Source: Thermodesulfovibrionia bacterium
GTDB taxonomy: Bacteria; Nitrospirota; Thermodesulfovibrionia; UBA6902; BMS3Bbin08
Length of the DNA: 64,000 bases
Direction: 5' to 3'
Assembly: GCA_030694425.1 (NCBI GenBank)
Contig: JAUXYI010000079.1
Span: 59,577-123,576 of the forward strand
A program made the position numbers and the translations under genes. Position 1 is the stretch's first letter; each line of letters opens with the position of its first letter. Below, in pieces: positions 31,780-41,266 of the stretch. Below the pieces are notes generated by a model. The model saw only the letters and a program-made list of their open reading frames with translations. It made no database searches and was not told the origin of the DNA.

Positions 31780-32414
31780 GCAGACCTTACGAACTCTATC
31801 TTATACATCTCCCGTACCTTTTTAAAAATGTCCAGATACTCCTGCGTTCTAAAGTCGGGATAAGTATAGGGTAAAGTTTGATAATTCTTGCCCGAGTAGA
31901 TAAGTGTCACCTCTCCATAGATGCCGTTGCCGAGATAAATCCTGTGGGAGAAATCTTTTGTTGATACTAAAACTATCTTTGCTGAATCTAAATAGCCGGG
32001 GTCAAGATTAATCCTTCTTCTTCCTTTTTCCCCTATAAATTCCCTTCTGCCTCCTTCTTTCAAATCCCCCCTTCCCCCCTTTTCTAAAGGGGGGTGAGGG
32101 AAGGTTATTGGGTGGATGGGGGGATTATTTTCATTGAGATATTGTCTTTCAAATTCATTTGTTTTTAATTTTATTTCAGCAATTGACTCAGGATTTATTA
32201 ATTTCTGGAAAAAGACAAACTGTCTTTTTAATCCTGAACCCATTTCCTTTGAATAATAATCAGTATGATTCCACTCCCAGACAGGGCTTTCCATATCTGA
32301 AGGACCAAAGATACCTTCAATATCGCCCTTAAGTTTTTCAAAGAGAGAAATATCGTTTGAAAGCATCCCGACGAATAGCTTGACTGGATGGGGATTATCG
32401 CATCTTTCATTCAT
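31776..32414 (-). CDS. DUF4416 family protein with an in-frame repeat insertion
   Basis: HTDYYSKEMG, RRINLDPGY, KDFSHRIYL, YPDF. Confidence 0.85.
   Translation of the reverse strand: MNERCDNPHPVKLFVGMLSNDISLFEKLKGDIEGIFGPSDMESPVWEWNHTDYYSKEMGSGLKRQFVFFQKLINPESIAEIKLKTNEFERQYLNENNPPIHPITFPHPPLEKGGRGDLKEGGRREFIGEKGRRRINLDPGYLDSAKIVLVSTKDFSHRIYLGNGIYGEVTLIYSGKNYQTLPYTYPDFRTQEYLDIFKKVREMYKIEFVRSA
32038..32135. repeat. GC-rich palindromic element in frame in the DUF4416 gene
   Basis: CCCCCCTT..AAGGGGGG hairpin; NENNPPIHP..PPLEKGGRGD. Confidence 0.8.
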
Positions 32415-32475
32415 AAATTAAAAATCAAATATTAAAAATCAAAAATACATATCAAAATGTAAAATTAGATAATTA

Positions 32476-32613
32476 TTGACTCCTGCATAAATAATGTCCG
32501 CTGTTATGTCATTCCGTGCTTGACACGGAATCCAGTTTTTTCCTCTGGATTCCTGCTTCCGCAGGAATGACGACGATACTGTGAACGTAGGACATTAATA
32601 TTACAGGTATCAA
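32476..32613. mobile_element. MITE-like element with TA flanks (IS630-like) and REP cargo
   Basis: TTGACTCCTGCATAAATAATGTCC...GGACATTAATATTACAGGTATCAA imperfect inverted ends, TA on both sides, internal GTCATTCC..CTGGATTCC..GAATGAC. Confidence 0.65.
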
Positions 32614-32720
32614 TAGTTGTCAGGGGTCGGTTTTCAGTTGTTAGTTAATAACTGAACACTGGTCCCTGACCACTGATAACTATCTTTGAGTTTTGATTTG
32701 TCATTTTGCATTTTTATTTT

Positions 32721-33539
32721 TTACTTTTGATATTGCTTTTCTGGCTGGCATACCTTAACGCAAAGACCGCATATGTACTGGCCTACATTATGCGCTTTTG
32801 CAAAATATTTTAATTTCTCAAGACAGGCTGCTTTATCCCATTCCCTATAATTTTCTTTAATTGCAGACACAGGGCAGATTTCTATGCATTTGGTGCAACT
32901 GCCGCAGCCATTCTCTCTTATTAATTCTTTGGCACCCACCTTAATCAATTTACTATTAAGGTCGTTAGTAAAGTCAGATGGAACACCCTCCCTTTCATCC
33001 CCTCCCGTTAAGGGAGGGGGGATTAAATAACCCTCTCCCCCTGCTGGAGAGGGCAGGGGTGAGGGGGGATTGTTTGTTTTAAGAGGCATATCTGTAAGAA
33101 CTGTTGCAAGCCTTATTTTGGAGCCGAATTCAGGATGCACCAGCAGGTTGTTCCTTCCAATCCATCCAATACCCGCCCTCAATGCAATCATCTTATGCGA
33201 GAGATGGGCAGTCTGTTTTTCCCAGTCAATAATTTGGCTCGCTGGTATTGGAAGCGCATTATATCCCCTTTCCTGGATGGCAAGTGTAAGTTTTAATGCG
33301 GTCTGGTCAAGAAGTAAATTAAGCATTTTGTAATGGTGCAGGTAATGGCGTGTAGGACCAACTATGACACCTCTTAGAACAGAATCAGAAACCCTTACAC
33401 CAATTGAAATTCCATGGGATAAGCCCTCTGTCTGCTCTAAAGAAAGAGCATCAAAATGATTTCTTAAATCATCTATCCTGCCTGCGCCAAATGCAGAAGC
33501 CCCCGATGAAAGAGCTATCTCCTTCAATTCATCATACAT
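32721..33539 (-). CDS. QueG/reductive dehalogenase-like 2x[4Fe-4S] protein with an in-frame insertion
   Basis: SHK..AGIGWIGRNNL..PEFGS.IRL, CGSCTKCIEICP, CGLCVKVC. Confidence 0.8.
   Translation of the reverse strand: MYDELKEIALSSGASAFGAGRIDDLRNHFDALSLEQTEGLSHGISIGVRVSDSVLRGVIVGPTRHYLHHYKMLNLLLDQTALKLTLAIQERGYNALPIPASQIIDWEKQTAHLSHKMIALRAGIGWIGRNNLLVHPEFGSKIRLATVLTDMPLKTNNPPSPLPSPAGGEGYLIPPPLTGGDEREGVPSDFTNDLNSKLIKVGAKELIRENGCGSCTKCIEICPVSAIKENYREWDKAACLEKLKYFAKAHNVGQYICGLCVKVCQPEKQYQK
32985..33075. repeat. GC-rich palindromic element in frame in the QueG-like gene
   Basis: CCCTCCC..GGGAGGG and CCCTCTCC..GGAGAGGG; NNPPSPLPSPAGGEG..PPPLTGGDEREG. Confidence 0.8.
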
Positions 33540-33584
33540 ACGTTACTTATGCCTCTGTGCCTTTGTGCCTTCCTTATGCTTCCT

Positions 33585-34100
33585 TTACAGCCACTTTTCA
33601 ATTAAAGCCATTGCTTCAGGGGCATCCCAATCTCTTGGTCCGACTATCTTCTCTCTTATGATACCGTTTTTGTCTATTATAAAAGTCTCTGGAACGCCTG
33701 TTATGCCGTATTGACCTGCAACTTCATTGTCATTGCCTATAAGTGTAGGATAACTGACCTTTTGCCGCTGAAAATAGGAAATCAGGTTGTTGGGATTATC
33801 CCGGAAGAGTATTCCGAGCATCTGTAATGGCTTGTCCTGCACTTTCATATACAGATTTTCTAATGAACGCTTTTCTGATTTACATACTGAACACCAGGTA
33901 GCCCAGAAATTTACAAGGACAACTTTTCCCTTAAGGTCAGAAAGTTTCCAGAGATTCCCATCAGCATCTTTTAGTTCAAACGCTGGTGCAGGCACACCAA
34001 CAGAAGCAATCTTTTTATATGTTCTCTTTTCAGGAAGAAATAACAGCAGAGCAACTGCAATAGCTATCAGGACTACCATAATAAGACCCTTATATTTCAT
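33585..34100 (-). CDS. TlpA/ResA-family thiol-disulfide oxidoreductase
   Basis: N-terminal TM, NFWATWCSVC, GVPET. Confidence 0.9.
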   Translation of the reverse strand: MKYKGLIMVVLIAIAVALLLFLPEKRTYKKIASVGVPAPAFELKDADGNLWKLSDLKGKVVLVNFWATWCSVCKSEKRSLENLYMKVQDKPLQMLGILFRDNPNNLISYFQRQKVSYPTLIGNDNEVAGQYGITGVPETFIIDKNGIIREKIVGPRDWDAPEAMALIEKWL

Positions 34101-34111
34101 TCAAACCTCCA

Positions 34112-34286
34112 AAAAATTCAAAAATCAAAAACTGTGGAGTAAATAACTCAAAACTCAAATGTCAAAAGTCATCCCGATTGTTCGGGACAAAACCATAAAG
34201 CTTTAAGTTTTAAGGTTGTAGTTTTGAGCTTTGCGTTTTGAACTTTAAGCTATTAAAATAATTCCTTAATTTTGCATTTTAACTTT
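34112..34286. repeat. Period-7 spacer element (inverted homolog of 19170-19510) carrying a mini-hairpin
   Basis: 31-bp identity and a second matching block with the 19.2-kb copy; TCCCGA-TTGT-TCGGGA at 34172-34187. Confidence 0.8.
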
Positions 34287-34330
34287 GTCTATAATCATTT
34301 TAACCCAAACAACATTTTTTGTGGATATTG

Positions 34331-34801
34331 TTACAGGGGTTTCAACAGGCATACTGCCTGCGCTGCCATGCCTTCACCGTTTCCGATAAAACCCATTTTT
34401 TCATTAGTCTTGGCTTTTATATTAATCAAATTTAATGGTATCCCTGTTTTTGAAAGGTTTTCCTTTATTTTATTTATGAATGGTTCAAGTTTTGGTTTCT
34501 CCGCTATAATTGTTGTATCAATCCATAATATTTCAAAGTTATTTTTTCTAATCAGTTCCACAGTTTTTGAAAGAAGCTCAATGCTTGATGCATCCTTCCA
34601 CTTTGCATCTGTGTCAGGAAAATGTTTTCCTATATCACCTAAGCCAAGCGCCCCTATTATCGCATCTATTATTGCATGGCACAGTACGTCAGCATCAGAA
34701 TGTCCCGTCAGTCCTTTCTCAAAAGGAATTTCCACGCCGCCGAGTATAAGCTTTCTTCCTTCAACAAGCCTGTGTGAATCATAACCAAGCCCGATTCTCA
34801 T
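34331..34801 (-). CDS. ispF: 2-C-methyl-D-erythritol 2,4-cyclodiphosphate synthase
   Basis: [22 protein letters not shown]. Confidence 0.97.
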   Translation of the reverse strand: MRIGLGYDSHRLVEGRKLILGGVEIPFEKGLTGHSDADVLCHAIIDAIIGALGLGDIGKHFPDTDAKWKDASSIELLSKTVELIRKNNFEILWIDTTIIAEKPKLEPFINKIKENLSKTGIPLNLINIKAKTNEKMGFIGNGEGMAAQAVCLLKPL

Positions 34802-34845
34802 AATCTTCTCATTTTCCTCTTTCTACCTGAAAATACCTTTTTATA

Positions 34846-34954
34846 ACACACCCCCAAACCCCTCTTAATAGAGGGGAGTTCTAATGTTTCCCCTATGACC
34901 TTATAGGGAAGTCCTTATGTATCCCCTCTAAAAAGAGGGGATTAAGGGGTGTGT
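34846..34954. repeat. Intergenic GC-rich palindromic element
   Basis: ACACACCCC...GGGGTGTGT ends enclosing CCCCTCT..AGAGGGG hairpins. Confidence 0.8.
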
Positions 34955-34973
34955 ATTCCTTTGTGTTGACTTG

Positions 34974-35744
34974 TCAGCATGATTGTTTCATTTTTACAGT
35001 AAGTAAATATTCCATTAAATCCATATCCTCTGGTGTGGTAATTTTTATATTAAAAGGACTGCCTGCGATAATTTTTATCTTACCCCCTATTCTCTCAACA
35101 AGGGCTGCATCATCTGTTGCATAGAAGCCGTCTTTATATGCCCTGTCATAAGCTTTCTTGATTATTTTATATTGAAAAACCTGCGGTGTTTGAATCGCCC
35201 AGTATTTTTCCCTTTTTACAGTTGAAAGCACATATCCTCTATTATTAATTTCCTTTAAAGTTTCTTTCACGGGCAGTCCCGGAATAACACCGTTCACCCC
35301 TTTTATCTCATTCAACAGTCTTTTAACTAACTCTGCGGAAACAAGAGGTCTTACTCCATCATGGATTAAAATCAAGCATCCATTTTGCTTTTTCCCTTTT
35401 TTACAATCCCCCCTTAACCCCCCTTTATCAAATGGGTGGACGGGGGGATTATTTTCAATTAAGCATAATGCATTATAGACTGAATCCTGCCTTTCCTGAC
35501 CACCGCGGGCAATTTGTTTTACCTTGTTAATGTTATATGATTTAATGAGCTTAAGCCCCTTCCTGAAATCTTCTTCTCTCAGTACAGGGATAATTTCTGT
35601 AATAGACTTTATTCCCTGAAGCCTTTTTAATGTATAGATGAAAACTGGTATGCCTGCAATATGAGCAAAAGTTTTTCTTACAGAAGGGTTAAATCTTTTT
35701 CCAAGTCCGGCAGCCGGGACAATGGCAATTACATTTGTTTTCAT
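34974..35744 (-). CDS. ispD: 2-C-methyl-D-erythritol 4-phosphate cytidylyltransferase with an in-frame insertion
   Basis: AAGLGKR, GGQERQDS, IHDGVRP, QTPQ, NIKITT. Confidence 0.95.
   Translation of the reverse strand: MKTNVIAIVPAAGLGKRFNPSVRKTFAHIAGIPVFIYTLKRLQGIKSITEIIPVLREEDFRKGLKLIKSYNINKVKQIARGGQERQDSVYNALCLIENNPPVHPFDKGGLRGDCKKGKKQNGCLILIHDGVRPLVSAELVKRLLNEIKGVNGVIPGLPVKETLKEINNRGYVLSTVKREKYWAIQTPQVFQYKIIKKAYDRAYKDGFYATDDAALVERIGGKIKIIAGSPFNIKITTPEDMDLMEYLLTVKMKQSC
35405..35458. repeat. GC-rich palindromic element in frame in ispD
   Basis: ENNPPVHPFDKGGLRGD; shares GGGTGGAYGGGGGGATTATTTTCA with the DUF4416 insert. Confidence 0.8.
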
Positions 35745-36748
35745 CAGTGTCTTGCCATCTTTAGTTCTTCCCTCTCTGCCTCTTCCTTAAGCTTCGTAAA
35801 TATCATTCTGCCGGCGGTTGTCTGCAGCACACTTGTTACAACCACATCAGCATTTTTATTTATAAGCCTTCTTGCATTATCAACAACCACCATTGTGCCG
35901 TCTTCAAGATAAGCAACGCCCTGGTTAGATTCCTTGCCCTCTTTAATTATAAAGACATTCATAGTCTCTCCGGGCAAGACCACAGGCTTAAGCGCACTTG
36001 CAAGTTCGTTAATGTTGAGCACTGAAACTCCCTGCAGCTCAGCTACTTTATTAAGATTAAAATCATTGGTTATTATTTTGGCGCTGATCATCTTGGCTAA
36101 AGCAACTAATTTGGCATCTACTTCTTTTATTTTCGGAAAATCTTCATCTATAATTTTTACTGTAATATTCTGCATCTTCTGGATTTTGTGCAAAACATCC
36201 AGCCCCCGCCTTCCCCTTCCCCTTTTTAATGAGTCAGCAGAGTCTGCTATATGCTGAAGCTCCTGCAAAATGAACTGCGGCAGTATGAATGTTCCCTCTA
36301 AAAATCCCGCCTCGCATACATCAGCTATCCTGCCATCTATTATGACGCTGGTATCAATTATATTGGGATTTTCCGCTCCCCCCCTGCCCTTAACGGCTCT
36401 AAATAAGTCTGACAACTCAAGTCCCCGCCCTTTTTTCATTCCTAAAAACAAGCCTGTGTAGCCAAATAGCGTATTGAGTATAACAGGGATGTAAAAGCTG
36501 TCTATGTTGTTAAAAAGAGCCTTTACAGGATAATAAATCAATTTTGAGAACAAGAGACCTATAGCCAGTCCTAACAACCCGCCAAAAATCGTACCCGCAT
36601 TTATCCTGCTGAACAGAAATTCCAAAATAAGTCCGAGCACGCCGATTCCCGCACCTAATACAGCTCCAGGATAAAGCATGCCCTCTTTCATACCTATTAA
36701 AGAACCGCCCACTGCGAATATTAATAAAAAAATAAGCCTCGGAATCAT
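35744..36748 (-). CDS. PIN/TRAM domain membrane protein (YacL-like)
   Basis: TM N-terminus, DTSVIIDGRI, TNDFNL, GVAYLEDGTMVV. Confidence 0.92.
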   Translation of the reverse strand: MIPRLIFLLIFAVGGSLIGMKEGMLYPGAVLGAGIGVLGLILEFLFSRINAGTIFGGLLGLAIGLLFSKLIYYPVKALFNNIDSFYIPVILNTLFGYTGLFLGMKKGRGLELSDLFRAVKGRGGAENPNIIDTSVIIDGRIADVCEAGFLEGTFILPQFILQELQHIADSADSLKRGRGRRGLDVLHKIQKMQNITVKIIDEDFPKIKEVDAKLVALAKMISAKIITNDFNLNKVAELQGVSVLNINELASALKPVVLPGETMNVFIIKEGKESNQGVAYLEDGTMVVVDNARRLINKNADVVVTSVLQTTAGRMIFTKLKEEAEREELKMARH

Positions 36749-36766
36749 TATTCTTTATTCCCCTTT

Positions 36767-38233
36767 CTAAGAATGCGCCTTAAGGGCAGCATAAAATTTT
36801 CTTTCACCCCGATTAATAAATAAAAGTATAGAATCCCCTTCTTTTGCGCGGGAAACTATATTATTAAAATCTCTTAAATTAGTTACTGTTTTTTTATTTA
36901 TTTCCTGAATTACATCGCCTTTTTTAAGTCCCGCCTCCTCTGCCGCGCTGTCAGATTCAACCTTGATTATGACAACTCCTTTCTCATCCCGTGAAAGCCC
37001 GAGCTGTTTTGCTATTTCCTGGGAGAGGGCAATTACAGTAAAACCCGCAAACACATTTTCTTCGTCCATTTCTTTCTCTGATTTTTCAATAGATGTCTCT
37101 TGCATCTCCTTGGGGAGTTCTGAAACTTTTGCGGTAAGAGAAATGGGTTTGCCTTCCCTTATGATTTTTATTGTTATACGGCTCCCTACCTCACTCTGAG
37201 CTACTATGTTTCTAAGCGATTCAGCATCATTTACTGTCTTACCGTTAACCTCAAGGATTACATCACCCCTTCTCAAGCCTGCTTTCTCAGCAGGGCTTCC
37301 TTTCAGGATATCACTGACAACCGCTCCTTTGCCGTTTTTAAGCCCGAACTCTTTAGCAAGGTCAGGAGTAATACTCTGAATCGTTACGCCAAGCCATCCC
37401 CTCGTAACCTTCCCCCCTTTCACAAGCTGTTTCATCACTGATTCAGCCATATTGCTCGGAACCGCAAAACCTATGCCCTGATAGCCGCCTGTTCTTGAGA
37501 AAATTGCTGTGTTTATTCCGATAAGTTCTCCTTTTATATTGACCAGAGGTCCTCCTGAGTTGCCGGGGTTTATAGCTGCATCAGTTTGGATAAAGTCCTC
37601 GTAATCAGCAATACCTACATTTGCCCTTCCGACCGCGCTTACTATCCCCATGGTAACTGTGTGGCTAAAACCATAGGGATTGCCGAAAGCGAGCACAAAT
37701 TCGCCGACCTGAAGGTTATCTGAATTCCCCCACTTTACTGCAGGAAGGTCTTTAGCGGAAATTTTTATGATTGCTATGTCTGTCTTCGGGTCTGAACCAA
37801 TAATTTTACCCTTGTAATCCTGTTTATCGTATAGAGTAACTTTTATTTCATCCGCTTTTTCCACCACATGGTAGTTTGTAATTATATAGCCGTCGGAAGA
37901 AACTATAACCCCTGAACCAAGACTGCGTTCTTTCCATTTTTTCGGTATACGAAACTGCTCAAAAAAATCTTCAAATGGGTCAAAGGGATGTGAAAAAGGT
38001 GAAATATCCCTCCTTATTGTTTTTGTAGTTGATATATTTACAACAGTTGGACCAACAGCCTTGACTATGTCGGAAAAAGCCGCGCTTTCACCTGTGACCG
38101 ACCGAGGGACCTGAGGGATATAAGCTGGCGGATAGAAACTTGATTTAGGTGAAAAAATTTCCAGATTGCTTCCAATCAAATAGCCAGCGAATATAGAAAC
38201 TACGATTATAAATATAATTGTTTTTTTGCTCAT
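36767..38233 (-). CDS. DegP/DegQ (HtrA) serine protease with two PDZ domains
   Basis: TNYHV, QTDAAINPGNSGG. Confidence 0.95.
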   Translation of the reverse strand: MSKKTIIFIIVVSIFAGYLIGSNLEIFSPKSSFYPPAYIPQVPRSVTGESAAFSDIVKAVGPTVVNISTTKTIRRDISPFSHPFDPFEDFFEQFRIPKKWKERSLGSGVIVSSDGYIITNYHVVEKADEIKVTLYDKQDYKGKIIGSDPKTDIAIIKISAKDLPAVKWGNSDNLQVGEFVLAFGNPYGFSHTVTMGIVSAVGRANVGIADYEDFIQTDAAINPGNSGGPLVNIKGELIGINTAIFSRTGGYQGIGFAVPSNMAESVMKQLVKGGKVTRGWLGVTIQSITPDLAKEFGLKNGKGAVVSDILKGSPAEKAGLRRGDVILEVNGKTVNDAESLRNIVAQSEVGSRITIKIIREGKPISLTAKVSELPKEMQETSIEKSEKEMDEENVFAGFTVIALSQEIAKQLGLSRDEKGVVIIKVESDSAAEEAGLKKGDVIQEINKKTVTNLRDFNNIVSRAKEGDSILLFINRGERKFYAALKAHS

Positions 38234-38371
38234 CTAATAATTATAACTCTGAAAGTTTAACCTTGTAAAGCCTCGCATTGAATTAGGAGCAGTCCCGATG
38301 GGTCGGGATTAGTAGGAAGCAAAGGATAGCAGAGTAAAATAATTGAATGTTGAGAAAGGCTTCACTGCAAC

Positions 38372-39040
38372 TCAAGAAATAAACTCTTTATTTCTGGTTA
38401 TTTTCATCTGGCGTTTAAGTCCTTCCACATAAGCCTTTATTGCTAATTCCCTTTTTGCATATAAGAGAAAACCGTATAACTGCCCTTTATCTCCTTTTAT
38501 TGAATTAAGGATATTTAATTCATCTGTTGTAAGGTCAGCGGTCTCGGCAATCAGCAAGCGCATTTTATTAAGCAGCAGCTCGTTTTTAATTGCATTTTCA
38601 TACATTGCCGGATTCATGCGGTTTAATTTCAACCTTCTTACATAAATCTCTTTATTAAAGACCCCATCCGTCTGGAAGGCAGGCTCATTCATTATTGCTT
38701 CCTGCAGTTCCTTTTCAGTGACTGTCAGACCTGCTTTTTTTGCAGCTGACATGAGGACTATATTGTCAATAAGTTCATCAAGGACTTTCATCTTAAGATT
38801 CATCTTCTTTATTTCTTCTTCGTTCTGATACATTTCCCATGCACGGCGATAAGCAGCAGCATAAGCCCTTTCATACTCTTCAGGAGTTATTATTTCTTTA
38901 CCTACCTGTGCAATTATTGATTTTGAGGGATTGGTCTGCGGTCCTATGCCGTAAAAAACAAAGGCAATAGTTATCATAATCGTTATAGCGCCGAGAATGA
39001 AAACTGTAAAGAATTTATGACTGCGCATTATTCTTAGCAT
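38372..39040 (-). CDS. SurA N-terminal domain protein (PpiD-like, no PPIase domain)
   Basis: MLRIMR N-terminus with TM, AQVGKEII, PAFQTDGVFN. Confidence 0.8.
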   Translation of the reverse strand: MLRIMRSHKFFTVFILGAITIMITIAFVFYGIGPQTNPSKSIIAQVGKEIITPEEYERAYAAAYRRAWEMYQNEEEIKKMNLKMKVLDELIDNIVLMSAAKKAGLTVTEKELQEAIMNEPAFQTDGVFNKEIYVRRLKLNRMNPAMYENAIKNELLLNKMRLLIAETADLTTDELNILNSIKGDKGQLYGFLLYAKRELAIKAYVEGLKRQMKITRNKEFIS

Positions 39041-39140
39041 GGGATTAATATATCCCAAAGGCAGCTAAAAGGGCAAGGTATTATGAACCCCGGGTATCAA
39101 TTTTTGCTATAATGTAACAAATTATGCAAAAACCAGAAAA

Positions 39141-41264
39141 ATGAGCTACGAGTTAAAACACGGAACTAATAAAAAACTCTCAGCAGGCAGGTTTTATCCG
39201 CTGGGCGCTGCTTTGTATGAAGATGGCGTTAATTTTGCCATCTATTCCCAGCATGCCAGTGAGGTTTTCCTTCTCCTGTTTGACAGGACTGACGGAGCGC
39301 CGACAGATATTATAAAACTTGAAAATCAGACAAGATTTGTATGGCACACGTTTGTCCATGGACTAAAGGCAGGACAATTATATGGATATAAAATCAGGGG
39401 CGCTTACAACCCAATATACGGAATGAGATTTAATGAAAACAAGCTTCTTATTGACCCGTATGCAAAAGCCCTGACCGGAAAATTCAGGAATACGGATAAC
39501 CTGCTCCTTGCATACGACCCGAATTCTCCTTTTAAAGACCTTTCTATTAACAGATTTGACAATACCCTTATTGTGCCAAAATCAATTGTAGTTGATGATA
39601 ATTTTGACTGGCAGGGTGACGTGCCTCCAGATATACACCTCGAGCAAACTATTATTTATGAAGCCCATGTCAGAGGGTTTACTGCACACAAATCATCAGG
39701 CGTAAAATATCCGGGAACATATCAGGGCTTTATTGAAAAAATCCCGTACCTCAAAGGATTAGGCATAACTGCTGTTGAATTTCTTCCTCTGCATGAGTTT
39801 TACGTTGAGGATCTTCTTCTGGAAAAAGGACTAACCAACTATTGGGGGTATAACACCATAGGCTTTTTTGCGCCGGAGTCATCGTACAGCACAAAAAATT
39901 CTCCAGGCTGTCAGGTAAATGAATTCAAGACACTGGTGCGCGAGCTTCATAAGGCAGGCATTGAGGTGATAATGGATGTTGTTTACAACCACTCAGGAGA
40001 GGGGAGTGAACTCGGACCAACAATATGCTTTAAAGGGATAGATAATCCAACGTATTACTGCCTTACAGGGTCGGCTATGGAACGATTCCGTTATTACGTA
40101 AATTATACAGGCTGCGGCAATACCTTAAATCTTGCAAATCCTCATGTTATAAGATTAGTCATGGACTCCCTTCGTTACTGGGTTGAAACTATGCATGTTG
40201 ACGGCTTCAGATTTGACCTGGCATCAGTTTTGGGCAGAGAGAACGGAATGTTTGAAAAGTCAGCATCTTTTTTTGATGCAATTTCGCAAGACCCTGTTTT
40301 AAACAGAATCAAATTAATTGCAGAGCCGTGGGACATTGGAACATATCAGGTTGGAAATTTCCCTGTTGACTGGTCTGAATGGAACGGAAAATTCAGAGAT
40401 ACAATAAGAAAATTTTGTAAAGGAGACAGCGGACAGTTAACTGACCTTGGCTACAGGTTAACAGGCTCAGCAGACCTCTACGGCGAAGACGGACGGTCCG
40501 CATATAACAGCATCAATTTCATAACATGCCATGATGGTTTTACCCTGTATGACCTTGTTTCATACAATTACAAGCATAATGAGGCAAATCTTGAAAATAA
40601 CGGTGACGGCGCAAATGATAATAACTCGTGGAACTGTGGTTTTGAGGGAGAAACTAATGACCAGAATATTATCAACCTGAGAAAACAACTCATTAAGAAT
40701 TTTGCCTGTTATCTCCTCTTTTCATCAGGCACTCCCATGATACTCGGGGGCGATGAGTTCATGAGGACGCAGAGAGGAAATAACAATGCATACTGCCATG
40801 ACAACGAGATAAGCTGGTTTAACTGGGAATATGCAAAGAAAAACCCGGATATTTTAAATTTTTATAAAAAGGCTATTGAGTTTACAAAAACTCATAAAAT
40901 TTTCCAGAGGAGAAAATTTTTACTTGGCAGGGATTTGGATGCTAACGGCGTTCCTGATATTAGATGGTTCGGGAAGGACACTGAAAAACCTTCATGGGAT
41001 GACCCTGAACTCCGTACTGTATGCTATCAGCTTGACGAAGAAGAGGGACATGATCATTTTTTCTTTATTATTTTAAATGCTGATTATAATATGCAGTACA
41101 TCAGAATCCCTAAGCTTATTCATCAGAAAAAGTGGTACAGGGTTGTTGATACATCCATTGAAAGCGGAGAAGATTTTCTTGATTCAGGCAAAGAGGTGCT
41201 GCTTGACCCTCCTGATTATTATCTCGTTAATCCAAGAAGCACCGTGGTGCTTATCGGGAAGTAA
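39141..41264 (+). CDS. glgX: Glycogen debranching enzyme
   Basis: NYWGYN, DVVYNH, DGFRFDL, AEPWD, CHDGFTL. Confidence 0.96.
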   Translation: MSYELKHGTNKKLSAGRFYPLGAALYEDGVNFAIYSQHASEVFLLLFDRTDGAPTDIIKLENQTRFVWHTFVHGLKAGQLYGYKIRGAYNPIYGMRFNENKLLIDPYAKALTGKFRNTDNLLLAYDPNSPFKDLSINRFDNTLIVPKSIVVDDNFDWQGDVPPDIHLEQTIIYEAHVRGFTAHKSSGVKYPGTYQGFIEKIPYLKGLGITAVEFLPLHEFYVEDLLLEKGLTNYWGYNTIGFFAPESSYSTKNSPGCQVNEFKTLVRELHKAGIEVIMDVVYNHSGEGSELGPTICFKGIDNPTYYCLTGSAMERFRYYVNYTGCGNTLNLANPHVIRLVMDSLRYWVETMHVDGFRFDLASVLGRENGMFEKSASFFDAISQDPVLNRIKLIAEPWDIGTYQVGNFPVDWSEWNGKFRDTIRKFCKGDSGQLTDLGYRLTGSADLYGEDGRSAYNSINFITCHDGFTLYDLVSYNYKHNEANLENNGDGANDNNSWNCGFEGETNDQNIINLRKQLIKNFACYLLFSSGTPMILGGDEFMRTQRGNNNAYCHDNEISWFNWEYAKKNPDILNFYKKAIEFTKTHKIFQRRKFLLGRDLDANGVPDIRWFGKDTEKPSWDDPELRTVCYQLDEEEGHDHFFFIILNADYNMQYIRIPKLIHQKKWYRVVDTSIESGEDFLDSGKEVLLDPPDYYLVNPRSTVVLIGK

Positions 41265-41266
41265 AG

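Noticed and set aside
34801-34974. IspD-IspF fusion broken by the intergenic palindrome
   Set aside because: An in-frame TAG and a purine-rich RBS-like stretch precede ispF outside the repeat; no evidence of a former fusion
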